This document shows positions 37,441 through 48,736 of a stretch of DNA of 64,000 nucleotides, piece after piece. A program made the translations under genes and the position numbers. Numbering within the stretch: position 1 is the first letter of the stretch; every line of letters starts with the position of its first letter. The notes beneath the pieces are model-generated. The model had not been told where the DNA came from, made no database searches, and was given only the letters and a program-made list of their open reading frames with translations. The DNA comes from a bacterium (GTDB lineage Bacteria; UBA8248; JACPRG01; G963555815): NCBI GenBank assembly GCA_965261595.1, contig CBDHDG010000007.1, positions 288,001 through 352,000 of the forward strand, written 5' to 3'.

Positions 37441-38439
37441 ATGCTGAAGATCCTTCGGCTGGGGCACTACGCCCTCAAAGTGGCCGACATCGAGCGGTCC
37501 GGCCGCTTTTATCGGGAAATCCTGGGTCTTCATGAACACGAGCGGGGGCCGCGGGGCGAAGCGTACTTCCAGCGGGGACCCGACCACCACTGCCTCGTCC
37601 TCTACCCGGCCGACGCCAAAGATCCCGACGACCCGGAGTTTCCCGACGGCCCGATCCTCCACCACACGGCGTGGGAAGTCGCCTCCGAGACGGAGCTGGA
37701 AAAGGCCCGACGAATCCTCGATGGGGAAGGCATCGAGATCCTGGCCGGCCCCAAAACCCATCCCGGCCCCGGCCGCCACACCTACCTTCGCTTCCAGGAC
37801 CCGTTCGGCGTCCCCTATGATCTCTTCTGCGGCATGGAACAAGCCGTAGAGACCGCCGCGGAGAAACCCTTCCAGCCGCAAAGGCTGGGACACGTGGGAC
37901 TCGGGACGAAGGACTTGGACGGATCGGTGAAGTTCGCCACAGAGGTCCTGGACTTCCGAATTTCCGACTGGGTTCGCGGGGTCTTGTGCTTCGTCCGGTG
38001 CAACGAGGATCACCACGCCCTGACGTTCGTCCAAAGCGGCGTTCACAACCTCCACCACGTGGGCTACGAGACGGGGGACTTCGAAGGGATTAAGCGGTTC
38101 GCCGACCATGCCTCGGCCAACAACGTGTTCCTCGAATGGGGACCCGGACGGCGCCCGCCCGGGGAGACCCTGTTCGCGTACGTCCGGGACCCCGACGGGA
38201 ACATCGTCGGGACCTTCGCCGAGCTGGTCCGGATCGAAGACGAAGAGCGCTGGCAGGTCCAGGTCCTCGATCCGGGGCCGAGGAGCGTGGACCGCTGGGG
38301 AAGCGCCCCGCCGGGCGAAGATTTTTTGCGCGGACCCGGTTGGAGCTTTCAAGCCAAACCCCGGCGCACAGGCGGCGCGGAAGCTCCGCTTGGACCGGCG
38401 CCGGACCCGCCCGCCCTGATCGACGGGAGTGGAGAATGA
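37441..38439 (+). CDS. Two-domain VOC protein, extradiol dioxygenase-like
   Basis: RLGHYAL, LHHTAW, RLGHVGL, DHHAL, LHHVGY, WGPGR, DPDGN. Confidence 0.82.
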   Translation: MLKILRLGHYALKVADIERSGRFYREILGLHEHERGPRGEAYFQRGPDHHCLVLYPADAKDPDDPEFPDGPILHHTAWEVASETELEKARRILDGEGIEILAGPKTHPGPGRHTYLRFQDPFGVPYDLFCGMEQAVETAAEKPFQPQRLGHVGLGTKDLDGSVKFATEVLDFRISDWVRGVLCFVRCNEDHHALTFVQSGVHNLHHVGYETGDFEGIKRFADHASANNVFLEWGPGRRPPGETLFAYVRDPDGNIVGTFAELVRIEDEERWQVQVLDPGPRSVDRWGSAPPGEDFLRGPGWSFQAKPRRTGGAEAPLGPAPDPPALIDGSGE

Positions 38440-39176
38440 CCATGGCAGACCGAAACATCCGCATCGACGTTGACGGAACCGAGGTCCCCGCATATCTGGC
38501 GCTGCCCGAAGGATCGGGGCCGCGCCCCGGCATGCTGGTCATTGAGGAGATTTTCGGCGTCAACGACCAAATCCGGGATGTCTGTCGCCGGTTCGCGAGC
38601 GAGGGATACGCCGCGATCTCGGTGGAACACTTTCATCGCGAAACCGAACCGCTGACCCCGTATGCGGATAGGGAAACGGCGGGAGAGAAGATGCGCCGCC
38701 TGAAGGACGCCGAGATGGTGGCGGAGATGCGCGCGGGCGTAGATTATTTGAAGACCCTGGCGGAGGTCGATGAAAACCGCGTTGGCGTCATCGGCTACTG
38801 CTTGGGAGGAACACTCTCCTACCTGGCGGCCGCGAAGATGCCGGACTTGGCCGCCTGTGTCGTCTACTACGGGACCGCCATCGTCAACGACGACTTGAAT
38901 GAGAACACCCCGGTCACTCCGATCAGCCTGACGAAAGACATCCGCTGTCCCGTCCTGGGGCACTTCGCCGAGAAAGACCACGCCGTCCCCCTCGAACACG
39001 TCGAGCGAATCAAGGGGGCGTTGAGCGACGCGGCGAAGACGCACGAAATCTTCGTCTACGAGGGAGCGCTTCACGCCTTTTTCCGTGACAACGACCCGAA
39101 CAGGTATCACCCGGACGCGGCCGGGCTTTCCTGGAGGCGCACACTGTCCTTTCTGGAAAAGAACCTGAAGGGTTAG
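38436..39176 (+). CDS. Dienelactone hydrolase family protein
   Basis: EIFGVN, GYCLGG nucleophile, FAEKD, HAF. Confidence 0.9.
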   Translation: MTMADRNIRIDVDGTEVPAYLALPEGSGPRPGMLVIEEIFGVNDQIRDVCRRFASEGYAAISVEHFHRETEPLTPYADRETAGEKMRRLKDAEMVAEMRAGVDYLKTLAEVDENRVGVIGYCLGGTLSYLAAAKMPDLAACVVYYGTAIVNDDLNENTPVTPISLTKDIRCPVLGHFAEKDHAVPLEHVERIKGALSDAAKTHEIFVYEGALHAFFRDNDPNRYHPDAAGLSWRRTLSFLEKNLKG

Positions 39177-39273
39177 GGGGAACAACGTCCGCCCATGCGG
39201 CCTCCGGGAAATCCCCGCGCATTTCCGGTCTCCGGACCCGCGACATTCGAAAACCGATCCAGGGGGAAATGTC

Positions 39274-39927
39274 ATGGAAGAGAATCACGCGCCGATCGAA
39301 CTGGACCTGGCGAAGACGGCCCTTGTCGTCATCGATATGCAAAACGACTACTGCTCGCCGGGCGGGGATTTTGACCAACGGGGGATCCCCATCGAGCCCG
39401 CCCAGGCCATCCTGCCGAACATCCGGCAACTGCTCGACACAGCGCGGGGCCGGGACATGTTCGTCCTCTACACCGCCATGGTCTTCGACGAATTCACCTA
39501 CGAGGACCGCCACCACAAAATTGTCCCGGAGCGGATGCGCGACCGGAAACTGTGCCGGCGGGGGACCTGGGGCGCGGAAGTGATGGATGCGCTCGCGCCC
39601 CGGCCGGAGGAGTTGACCATCGAGAAGTGCCGGTACAGCGCCTTTTACAACACCAACCTCGAAGTCTTGCTCCGCAACCGGGGGATCACGACGCTCATCC
39701 TGGCGGGGGTGGTGACGAACGTGTGCGTGGAATCCACCGCGCGGGACGCCTGGCACCGCGACTTCGACGTGCTTGTCGTGAGCGACGCGACGGCCGGCTA
39801 CGCCAAGGACCTCCACGAGGGGGCGCTCACGAACATCGCACACCTCTGCGGGGCGGTGCGCCCAACGGATGAAGTCATCCGGCTGTTGGGCGTGGAGGCG
39901 AAAAAGCCGGCGGGGCGGACAGACTGA
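39274..39927 (+). CDS. Isochorismatase-like cysteine hydrolase (RutB-like)
   Basis: IDMQND, EKCRYSAF, TNVCVESTARDA (D-K-C triad). Confidence 0.9.
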   Translation: MEENHAPIELDLAKTALVVIDMQNDYCSPGGDFDQRGIPIEPAQAILPNIRQLLDTARGRDMFVLYTAMVFDEFTYEDRHHKIVPERMRDRKLCRRGTWGAEVMDALAPRPEELTIEKCRYSAFYNTNLEVLLRNRGITTLILAGVVTNVCVESTARDAWHRDFDVLVVSDATAGYAKDLHEGALTNIAHLCGAVRPTDEVIRLLGVEAKKPAGRTD

Positions 39928-40261
39928 GACACGCATGCCGGCCGCCGGTTTCCGGCCGAACCCCGCGGGACACGACCCAACCGGACAGCCTCCGAAATTC
40001 GTGTTCGGTGGTTTCTCGTCGTGGTGCGGTCAGTCGCGGATATGATGGTGACCATCACTTGCACGTCGGCGACGTTGGACGGCATGCTCGGCCAGACCAC
40101 TTTTGGCGTGAAGACCCGTCTCTTTGATGCGGACAAGGGCCCCATCGAGGCCGCGACCTCCAGCATGATGAGCCCGGCAATCCACTTTTCCATGAAAACA
40201 ACATCCCCTTGACGCTCCAGCCGGCCTCCATGCTCTCGGCACCTTCACCCGGAAAATCCCT

Positions 40262-40289
40262 TTGACTTGTGAGACCGGCAACCTATAAT
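40262..40289 (+). promoter_or_regulatory. Sigma70 promoter of gap operon
   Basis: TTGACT-N16-TATAAT. Confidence 0.6.
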
Positions 40290-40354
40290 TGGAGCCTGGA
40301 TGGTTGCTTCATATTTTGATGGTTTTCTGTTATTTCCCCCATCTGAATCAGTGA

Positions 40355-41416
<1,062 letters not shown>

Positions 41417-41444
41417 GCCCTGCCGAGGCTCCGCAAGAGAGGTC

Positions 41445-42656
41445 ATGACCCCGCGTTCCGCTTGGAAAACCCTCGCCGACCTGGACCTGTCGGGACGGTT
41501 GGTTTTCGTCCGGTGCGACTTCAACGTCCCCTTGGATGACGAAAGGCGAATCACCGACGATACACGGATGCGCGCGACGCTCCCGACGCTGGAGCGGCTC
41601 CGGTCCTCGGGGGCGCGGACGATCCTGGCCTCCCACCTGGGCCGCCCGAAAGGGGCGCCCAATCCGGATTACGGTCTGGCCCCGATCGCGGAACATCTGG
41701 CCGGACTTTTGAAGCAGGATGTGCCTTTGGCGCCGGATTGCGTCGGCCCCGAGACGGCCGCCCTCGCCCGGGACATTCAGCCGGGGGCCTTCCTCCTGCT
41801 CGAGAACCTGCGTTTCCACCCCGGCGAGGAAGAGAACGACGAGGCGTTCGCGCGGGCGCTCTCGTCCCCGGCCGAGGTCTACGTCAACGACGCTTTCGGC
41901 TGCTCACACAGAACGCACACGTCCGTGGCGCGCATCGTCGAATTTATCCGTCCCGCCGCGGCGGGGTTGCTGCTCGACCGAGAGCTCGGCGTCCTGGGAA
42001 GACTGATGGAGAACCCCGAGCGGCCCGTGGCGGCGATCCTCGGCGGCGCCAAGGTCTCGGACAAGCTGGGCGTGATCGAATCCCTGATGGATCGCGTCGA
42101 CCGAATCCTGATCGGCGGCGCGATGGCCTTCACCTTTCTGAAAGCCGAGGGACGGACGGTGGGCGCTTCCCGGGTGGAAGACGACTGGATCGAAACCGCC
42201 CGGGGGCTTCTCCGCGCTTCGAAAGAAAAAGGCTGCGAGATGATCCTGCCGATCGATTGCGTGGTCGCGGAGCGGTTCGCGGCCGACGCGGACCACCGAA
42301 TCGTCGGTCTCGATGAATGCCCCGAGTCCTGGATGGGGCTCGACGTCGGCCCGAAGACGGTGGATCGCTTCCAACAGGCCCTGGCGGACGCACGGACCAT
42401 CGTCTGGAACGGCCCCGTGGGCGTATTCGAGATGAAGGCGTTCAGCCGGGGGACCTACGCCCTGGCGGAATTCGTCGCCGCTTCGGACGCCACAACGATC
42501 ATCGGCGGCGGCGACTCGGTCGCGGCAATCCGGCGGGCGGGCGCGGCGGACAAGGTGTCCTTCATCTCCACCGGAGGCGGGGCCTTCCTGGAATGGCTCG
42601 AAGGCAAAGAGCTCCCCGGCGTGGCTGCGTTGAAGGAGGCAGCGGAAGATGACTGA
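41445..42656 (+). CDS. pgk: Phosphoglycerate kinase
   Basis: [37 protein letters not shown]. Confidence 0.98.
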   Translation: MTPRSAWKTLADLDLSGRLVFVRCDFNVPLDDERRITDDTRMRATLPTLERLRSSGARTILASHLGRPKGAPNPDYGLAPIAEHLAGLLKQDVPLAPDCVGPETAALARDIQPGAFLLLENLRFHPGEEENDEAFARALSSPAEVYVNDAFGCSHRTHTSVARIVEFIRPAAAGLLLDRELGVLGRLMENPERPVAAILGGAKVSDKLGVIESLMDRVDRILIGGAMAFTFLKAEGRTVGASRVEDDWIETARGLLRASKEKGCEMILPIDCVVAERFAADADHRIVGLDECPESWMGLDVGPKTVDRFQQALADARTIVWNGPVGVFEMKAFSRGTYALAEFVAASDATTIIGGGDSVAAIRRAGAADKVSFISTGGGAFLEWLEGKELPGVAALKEAAEDD

Positions 42657-43422
42657 GGCGCGGCGGGCGATCATCGCCGGCAACTGGAAAATGAATACCC
42701 GCGGGGCGGAGGGAGAGACCCTGGCCTCCGCCCTGGCCGAATCCCTGAAGGCATCCATTCCGGCCGGCGTGGACGTGGTCATCGCGCCGCCCTTTCCTTA
42801 TCTGGAACGGGTCGGACGGGCCATCGCCGGCGCCCCCGTCGCCCTGGGCGCCCAGGACGCCGGCTGGGAGGAAAAGGGCGCGTTCACCGGCGTGGTCTCG
42901 CCGAGCATGCTCCTGGACGCGGGGTGCGCGTACGTCATCCTCGGCCATTCGGAGCGGCGCGCGCTCCTGGGGGAATCGGACGACCTGATCAACCGCAAGG
43001 TCCACGCCTGTCTGAAAGCCGGGCTGACCCCCATTTTGTGCGTCGGGGAATCGGCCTCGGCGAGGAAAGGGAACCGGGCGGAATCTGTCGTGGAGCGGCA
43101 GCTTTCCGGGTGCCTGAAGGGGGTGGACGCGGCCGGACTTCGGCGCATGGTGATCGCCTACGAGCCCGTCTGGGCCATCGGAACGGGCGAGACCGCCACG
43201 CCCGAGCAGGCCCAGGAGATGCACGCGTTCGTTCGAGCAACGCTCGCCGCCGGGATCGACGCCGTTGCGGCGAAGGAAGTTCGGATACAATATGGGGGAA
43301 GTGTGAACCCGGAGAGCATCGGATCCCTCATGGCCCAGCCGGACGTGGACGGCGCTTTGGTCGGCGGGGCCTCGCTCAAGGTGGAGACGTTCCTCCCCAT
43401 CGTTCGCTATCCTGGGAGTTGA
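42649..43422 (+). CDS. tpiA: Triosephosphate isomerase
   Basis: [28 protein letters not shown]. Confidence 0.98.
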   Translation: MTEARRAIIAGNWKMNTRGAEGETLASALAESLKASIPAGVDVVIAPPFPYLERVGRAIAGAPVALGAQDAGWEEKGAFTGVVSPSMLLDAGCAYVILGHSERRALLGESDDLINRKVHACLKAGLTPILCVGESASARKGNRAESVVERQLSGCLKGVDAAGLRRMVIAYEPVWAIGTGETATPEQAQEMHAFVRATLAAGIDAVAAKEVRIQYGGSVNPESIGSLMAQPDVDGALVGGASLKVETFLPIVRYPGS

Positions 43423-43436
43423 AGGAGAAGTCAACT

Positions 43437-43778
43437 GTGACGCCCGACTTGTTGCGCGTTCTCTTGATCGGCTTGCATGTGATCGTGAGTCTTTTTCTGA
43501 TCCTGGTCGTGTTGCTCCAAACCGGCAAGGGCGCCTCCCTGGGCGCCGCCTTCGGGGGGGCAAGCGATACGATGTTCGGGGCCCGAGGCGCGGGGAGCTT
43601 CCTCAGCAAGCTGACGACGGCCGGCGCCGTCGTGTTTATCCTGACCTCGCTCGCGCTCGCCACCCCGTACGTGACCAACCGCGAGGCCGGATCGGTGATC
43701 GGTGAAAAGCCGCCCCCGGCGGCCCGGCCCGTCGCGACGCCGCGCGGGGCGGAAAAGGCCCCTTCGGAGACAAAGTGA
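43437..43778 (+). CDS. secG: Preprotein translocase subunit SecG
   Basis: GTG start with AAGGAG; VLLQTGKGASLGAAFGG...FLSKLT; follows tpiA. Confidence 0.93.
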   Translation: MTPDLLRVLLIGLHVIVSLFLILVVLLQTGKGASLGAAFGGASDTMFGARGAGSFLSKLTTAGAVVFILTSLALATPYVTNREAGSVIGEKPPPAARPVATPRGAEKAPSETK

Positions 43779-43858
43779 GCCTGGATGCGCTGAGGAGGGC
43801 CGGCGCATTCTCCACCTCTTGGGTGGGTTCTGCCTCGTAGGAAGGGAGCGAATCCTGG

Positions 43859-45940
43859 ATGTGGGTGAAACGGGTCCTCCTCTTCATTCCCATCGCGGTC
43901 TCCCTCTTCCTGCTCCAGTCGTTCTTCTGGGTCCCGACGTACGATGACCCGAGCAAGGGAAGCCCCAAGCGGCTCACCCAGTACATCGAAGGCTCCATCG
44001 GCGACGCCGCCATTCTCAACCCCATCCTCAGCGCCGACTCCGCCAGCGGCACGATCAACAACCTCATCTTCGAAGGCCTGATCGACCGGGACCGCGACCT
44101 CCGCTTTCGGGGCCGTCTCGCCACGCGTTGGGAACTCTTCGAAGAAGCCTACCTCCTGGCCGACCCCGCCCTCTCGCTGTCCGGGGGCGAGGACGCCACA
44201 GCCAAGGCGATTGCGAAGCGGATTGAATCCGCGCGGGCGGCTGGAGGTCCGAAGTGGGCCGGGAACATCCTGAAGGTCGAGGTCCTCCCGCCCGGGATGG
44301 AGACCCGGACCGTCCGGACCCCCCCGGCGAAGCCCGGCGGGAAGCCGGGGCGCGCGGAACTCAAGATCTCCCGCCCCGCCCGCGTCAAGATCACCCTGCG
44401 CAAGGTGGACCAAGAGTTCTTCAACAAGTTGGCCGGGGTCCTCGGGAAGGAGTACCTCAGGGGGCTGAAGCCGGAGAAATTCATCGAAGGGCCGGAGGCG
44501 GCGGTCCGCCGGAACGCGCGGGCCGTCCTCCCCCCCGCCGAGCATAACCCGGTCATCATCTTCCACCTGCGGAAGGGCGTGTTCTTCCAGGACGGCCACG
44601 AGTTCGACGCCGGGGACGTGAAGTTCACGTACGAATCCATCGTGGACTCCCGAAACCTCTCCCCCCGCACCCCCGATTACGAGCCGGTGAAATCCGTCGA
44701 GGTCCTGGACCGGCGGACGGTGCGCATCGTCTACAAGCGCCTGTATTCCCCGGCATTCGGGACGTGGGGGATGGGGATGCTCCCCGAGCATCTTCTGAAC
44801 CGTCGGGCGCTCGCGCGCGAGGCGCGGGCAAAGGGCAAGGACCCGGCCAAGTTCACGATGCGCGACAGCGACTTCAACCGGCGTCCGGTCGGCGTGGGGC
44901 CGTTCATATTTGCCGAGTGGAGATCGGACGAGTTCATTCGGCTCGTCCGGAACGAGAAATATTGGGAGGGCGCGCCCAACTATAAGGAGTATGTCTTCCG
45001 AATCCTGCCCGATCGGCTCGGTTTGGAGATGTCCTTTTACGCGGGGACTGTGGACGCCTACAGCGTCGAGCCGCATCAAGTGGCGCGGCTGAAGAAGAAT
45101 CCGGAATATCAAAGCTATTCCGGACTTTCGTTGGGATATTCCTACATCGGCTACAACATGCGCCGCCCACTCTTCAAGGACCGCCGGGTTCGCCGGGCCC
45201 TGGGCATGGCGATCAACGTGGACGAGATCAATCAGTACGTTCTGTACGACCAGGCGGAGGAGATCACCGGGCCCTTCGTGAAGCAAACCGACTTTTACAA
45301 CCACAAAATCAAACCGATCCCCTACGACCCCGAGGGCGCCCTCCGGCTCTTGGAGAAGGCCGGGTGGCGCAAGGTGGACGGACGGCTCATGAAGAACGGA
45401 AAACCCTTCCAGTTCACCCTCATCACCAATCAGGGCAATGAGCAGCGGAAGGCCATATTGACGATCGCGCAAAACGCTTGGAAAAAACTGGGGATCAAGG
45501 TCAGGACCGACGTCCTGGAGTGGTCCGTTTTTATCCAAAAACGGGTCAACCAACTCAATTTCGACGCCGTGGTCCTCGGCTGGGGGCTGGGAATCGAGCC
45601 CGATCTGTACCAGATCTGGCACTCCAGCCAGACGGGAAAATTCCAGTTGAACTTCGTCGGATATCGAAACGCCGAGGCGGACGACCTTATCATCAAAATC
45701 CGGCGGGAGTACGACCACGAGAAGCAGGTCGGATACACCCACCGCCTCCACCGGATCATTTATGACGATCAGCCTTACACCTTTCTCTATGTCCGGAAAT
45801 GGACCGGCCTTTTGGACCGGAAGATCGTCATCCAAGAGAACGGCAAGGTTAAGAAAATCACCCCCACGAAGACGGGGAGCTACACCTTTGACTTCAACCG
45901 CTGGATCAAGCTCCCCCAGGTCCCGCGGTTTCAGACGTAA
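43859..45940 (+). CDS. Family-5 (peptide/nickel) ABC substrate-binding protein with N-terminal anchor and large insertion
   Basis: LNPILS, LRKGVFFQDG.EF.A.DVKFT, PVGVGPF, DRRVRRAL, YDPEGA. Confidence 0.9.
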   Translation: MWVKRVLLFIPIAVSLFLLQSFFWVPTYDDPSKGSPKRLTQYIEGSIGDAAILNPILSADSASGTINNLIFEGLIDRDRDLRFRGRLATRWELFEEAYLLADPALSLSGGEDATAKAIAKRIESARAAGGPKWAGNILKVEVLPPGMETRTVRTPPAKPGGKPGRAELKISRPARVKITLRKVDQEFFNKLAGVLGKEYLRGLKPEKFIEGPEAAVRRNARAVLPPAEHNPVIIFHLRKGVFFQDGHEFDAGDVKFTYESIVDSRNLSPRTPDYEPVKSVEVLDRRTVRIVYKRLYSPAFGTWGMGMLPEHLLNRRALAREARAKGKDPAKFTMRDSDFNRRPVGVGPFIFAEWRSDEFIRLVRNEKYWEGAPNYKEYVFRILPDRLGLEMSFYAGTVDAYSVEPHQVARLKKNPEYQSYSGLSLGYSYIGYNMRRPLFKDRRVRRALGMAINVDEINQYVLYDQAEEITGPFVKQTDFYNHKIKPIPYDPEGALRLLEKAGWRKVDGRLMKNGKPFQFTLITNQGNEQRKAILTIAQNAWKKLGIKVRTDVLEWSVFIQKRVNQLNFDAVVLGWGLGIEPDLYQIWHSSQTGKFQLNFVGYRNAEADDLIIKIRREYDHEKQVGYTHRLHRIIYDDQPYTFLYVRKWTGLLDRKIVIQENGKVKKITPTKTGSYTFDFNRWIKLPQVPRFQT

Positions 45941-45961
45941 CAGCGACTGGAGAAATCGGGC

Positions 45962-46921
45962 GTGATCGCCTATCTCATCCGAACCGGGCTCAGCAAGCTC
46001 GTCACGCTGTTTTTCATCTCGGTGATCTCGTTCGTCATCATTCATCTGGCGCCGGGGGAGCCGAGCCAGATTGATCCGCTCAACCCGCGCTTCACAAAAG
46101 AGGACCTGGTGCGCTACCGGAGCGCCTTCGGTCTGGATCAGCCGCTTCACATCCAGTACCTGCGCTTTTACCGGAAGCTCTTCACGGGCGACCTGGTCGC
46201 TTTCAAGGACAACCAGCCGGTCCTCGGGAAGATCTTCGGACGATTTCTGAACAGCCTGCCGCTTTTCATCGTGGGATCAATTCTCACCTGGTGCCTGGCG
46301 TTCCCGCTGGGGATCCGTTCCGCCCTCGCGCGGGGGGGAGCGTTCGACCAGGTGACGACGTTCCTCTCATTCGCCCTGCTCTCCTTGCCCGGCTTCTTTC
46401 TGGCTTATCTGCTCATCATTTTCGTCGTGAACACGTTTCAGGTCCCGGTCCTTGGGCTTCGAACATTCGGACGCGAGGGCTTGGGATTTCTCTTCTCGGG
46501 GATGGATCGGGTGTGGCACCTGGTCCTGCCGTCGTTTCTGGGCGCGACGGCCGGGATTGCCGTCCTCGCCCGGTACGTCCGGGCGCAGATGCTCGAGGTG
46601 ATGAGCCAGGAATTCGTTAGGACGGCCCAGGCCAAAGGGCTCACCGGCGACAAGGTCTATTACGTCCACGCCCTGCGGAACGCCCTCCTTCCGTTCGTCA
46701 CGATGTTCGGTATGATTCTTCCGGGCCTGATCGGCGGGTCGGTGATCATCGAGACCATCTTCGCCTGGCCTGGGATGGGGCGAATGGGTTTTGAGGCGAT
46801 CCTGGCCCGGGACTATCCCATCATCATCAGTCTTAATTTCGTTGCCGCCGTTCTGACGCTTGCGGGAACGCTTGTTTCCGACCTGCTCTATCTGTGGGTC
46901 GATCCCCGCATCAAGTTGTAA
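45962..46921 (+). CDS. OppB/DppB-like permease
   Basis: LAPGEP, GLDQP, HLVLP, FVRTAQAKG, HALRN, RDYP, DPRI. Confidence 0.93.
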   Translation: MIAYLIRTGLSKLVTLFFISVISFVIIHLAPGEPSQIDPLNPRFTKEDLVRYRSAFGLDQPLHIQYLRFYRKLFTGDLVAFKDNQPVLGKIFGRFLNSLPLFIVGSILTWCLAFPLGIRSALARGGAFDQVTTFLSFALLSLPGFFLAYLLIIFVVNTFQVPVLGLRTFGREGLGFLFSGMDRVWHLVLPSFLGATAGIAVLARYVRAQMLEVMSQEFVRTAQAKGLTGDKVYYVHALRNALLPFVTMFGMILPGLIGGSVIIETIFAWPGMGRMGFEAILARDYPIIISLNFVAAVLTLAGTLVSDLLYLWVDPRIKL

Positions 46922-46947
46922 GGCGCGCTTCGGGGGGGGGGGACCTG

Positions 46948-47907
46948 ATGGCTATGGCGACGACAGCCGACGCGGCGATTCCCGCCCGGATCGACAAGCT
47001 TTCCGCCTGGGTGTGGCGGAGCCTCAAAGGAAACCGTCTCGCGATGGGGGGGATGGCGGTCCTGATCCTGTTTTTCGTCGCGGCCTTCTTGGGCTGGCTC
47101 GGGACCTCGGGCGACTCGCCCCTTTTCGACCCGACAACCGTCCGGCTGCCGGACAAACTGAAACCTCCGCTTTCGCGGCCTTCGGCGGATGTGATTCCGG
47201 CCGCCGAGCTTCCTATTTTGGGCCTCTATCCGTTAGGCACGGACGAATTGGGCCGGGACGTGTTCGCCCGGATGCTGGAAGGGGCGAAGGTCTCGCTGGC
47301 CGTGGGGTTCGTCTCGGTGGGCATCGCCATCCTTCTGGGCGTAACGCTGGGCGGCATGGCCGGTTACCTGGGGCAGCGGTGGCGCTGGGTGGACACCGTG
47401 TTTCTGACGCTGGTGGACATCCAGTTAAGCTTTCCGACCTTCTTCCTGATCCTGACGGTGATTGCCGTGCTTTCACCGAGCATCTGGAATATCATGATCG
47501 TCATCGGGATTACCGGCTGGGTGGGTCCGGCGCGTTTCGTGCGTGCGGAGATCCTCTCCCTCCGAGAGCAGGAGTTTGTTTTGGCGGCGCAATCCCTCGG
47601 CGCGGGGGCGGTCCGCTTGGTGTTCCGCCACCTCCTGCCCAACTCGATGGGGCCGGTCATGGTCTCGGCAACCCTCGGGATCGCCTCAGCCATTCTCACC
47701 GAGGCCGGCCTGTCGTTTCTCGGGTTCGGCGTCCCCCCCCCCGACGCCACGTGGGGGAACATCCTGTCGTCCGGGAAGAACTACCTCTTCGACGCCCCCT
47801 GGTTGACCTTCGTGCCGGGGATCGCCATCCTGGTGGTCGTTCTGGCGTTCAACCTGTTCGGGGAGGGACTTCGGGACGCCCTGAATCCGAAGCTTCAGGG
47901 GGAATGA
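46948..47907 (+). CDS. OppC/DppC-like permease
   Basis: LGTDELGRD, EQEFVLAAQSLG, RHLLPN, NLFGEGLRDAL. Confidence 0.93.
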   Translation: MAMATTADAAIPARIDKLSAWVWRSLKGNRLAMGGMAVLILFFVAAFLGWLGTSGDSPLFDPTTVRLPDKLKPPLSRPSADVIPAAELPILGLYPLGTDELGRDVFARMLEGAKVSLAVGFVSVGIAILLGVTLGGMAGYLGQRWRWVDTVFLTLVDIQLSFPTFFLILTVIAVLSPSIWNIMIVIGITGWVGPARFVRAEILSLREQEFVLAAQSLGAGAVRLVFRHLLPNSMGPVMVSATLGIASAILTEAGLSFLGFGVPPPDATWGNILSSGKNYLFDAPWLTFVPGIAILVVVLAFNLFGEGLRDALNPKLQGE

Positions 47908-47927
47908 GCCTCGAAATTCGCCCCGGT

Positions 47928-47956
47928 TTGACAGGCCTTTGGGCGGGATGTAAATT
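47928..47956 (+). promoter_or_regulatory. Sigma70 promoter for tRNA
   Basis: TTGACA-N17-TAAATT. Confidence 0.6.
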
Positions 47957-47999
47957 ATCGGATTGATTTTTCTGAGCTTGCAAAGCCTCGCTTCGCGGT

Positions 48000-48086
48000 G
48001 CCGAAGTGGTGGAACCGGTAGACACGCCATCTTGAGGGGGTGGTGGGCGAAAGCCCGTGGGGGTTCGAGTCCCCCCTTCGGCACCA
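48000..48086 (+). tRNA. tRNA-Leu(GAG)
   Basis: GCCGAAG/CTTCGGC acceptor stem, CCATC-TTGAGGG-GGTGG anticodon arm, long variable arm, GTTCGA T-loop, encoded CCA. Confidence 0.96.
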
Positions 48087-48204
48087 CAGAATTAGAAATT
48101 CTTGTTTTTCAGGTAGTTAGAATAATCGAGCAGGCGGACGGGAGTAAATCGGGAGTACGGCAAGCCTCTTTTGGGGTAAATTCTCCTCATATCCGGTCCG
48201 GTTA

Positions 48205-48711
48205 TTACGCACTTTCTTGTTTCCTTTCATCCTCACTCAAAGACTCCCCATCTTGCCCCACCACCCGGGAAGCAAACTCGCTTCCATCCCGCCGGGTTCT
48301 GTTCGGGATAAACCGGGCATACACCTTGAAAAGCATCTCCACGCTGTCCCCTATCATGGCCACCACCCAGGAGAGGGCCTCTCCGGCGGCAAGGGCATTT
48401 GAGGCAAAGGAGTGACGCGTCGCATACATAGTGCGGCGGCGAAGCCCCGCCTTGGTGAGCGTCGGATACCAAATCCGTTCCCGAAGGTGGTTGATGTTCA
48501 AAAGTCCCCATTTTTCTCCCGTGAACACATAATCCTCCCCCCGTTCCGGCGCACCCACTCCCGCCTTAATTCTCTGGGCGGCCTGTTGAGCCTTCTGGAC
48601 CTTCAGCGCCTCCGCCACCGGCGGGAGAATGTCCACGTTCCGGATGCTTGAGGCGGTTTTCGCGGCGGCCTTCCGGATGATGTGAAGCGCGGTCTCAAGG
48701 TCGAGCTGCAT
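48205..48711 (-). pseudogene. Tyrosine integrase C-terminal remnant fused to a foreign N-terminus
   Basis: KT..SIRNV, YVF, W...L.KAGL, YATRHSFAS, VYARFI; lacks N-terminal and box I regions; convergent on tRNA. Confidence 0.8.
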
Positions 48712-48736
48712 CGGTCCCTTCCTCCGGCTGTATGAC

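Noticed and set aside
39798..40193. 131-aa minus-strand ORF between the hydrolase and gap
   Set aside because: Overlaps the cysteine hydrolase 3' end and has no motif; at most a gene remnant.
43376..46150. 924-aa minus-strand ORF and other long antisense ORFs (e.g. 17297..19282, 25192..26940, 61621..63117)
   Set aside because: Shadow frames of well-supported genes in GC-rich DNA, with no recognisable motifs.
47963..48415. 150-aa ORF spanning the tRNA
   Set aside because: Overlaps tRNA-Leu and is antisense to the integrase remnant.
48205..48660. Integrase remnant as the IntI serving the cassette array
   Set aside because: It is truncated, 40 kb away, tRNA-adjacent, and shows no IntI-specific insertion before the HxxR-equivalent motif; it looks phage/island-type.
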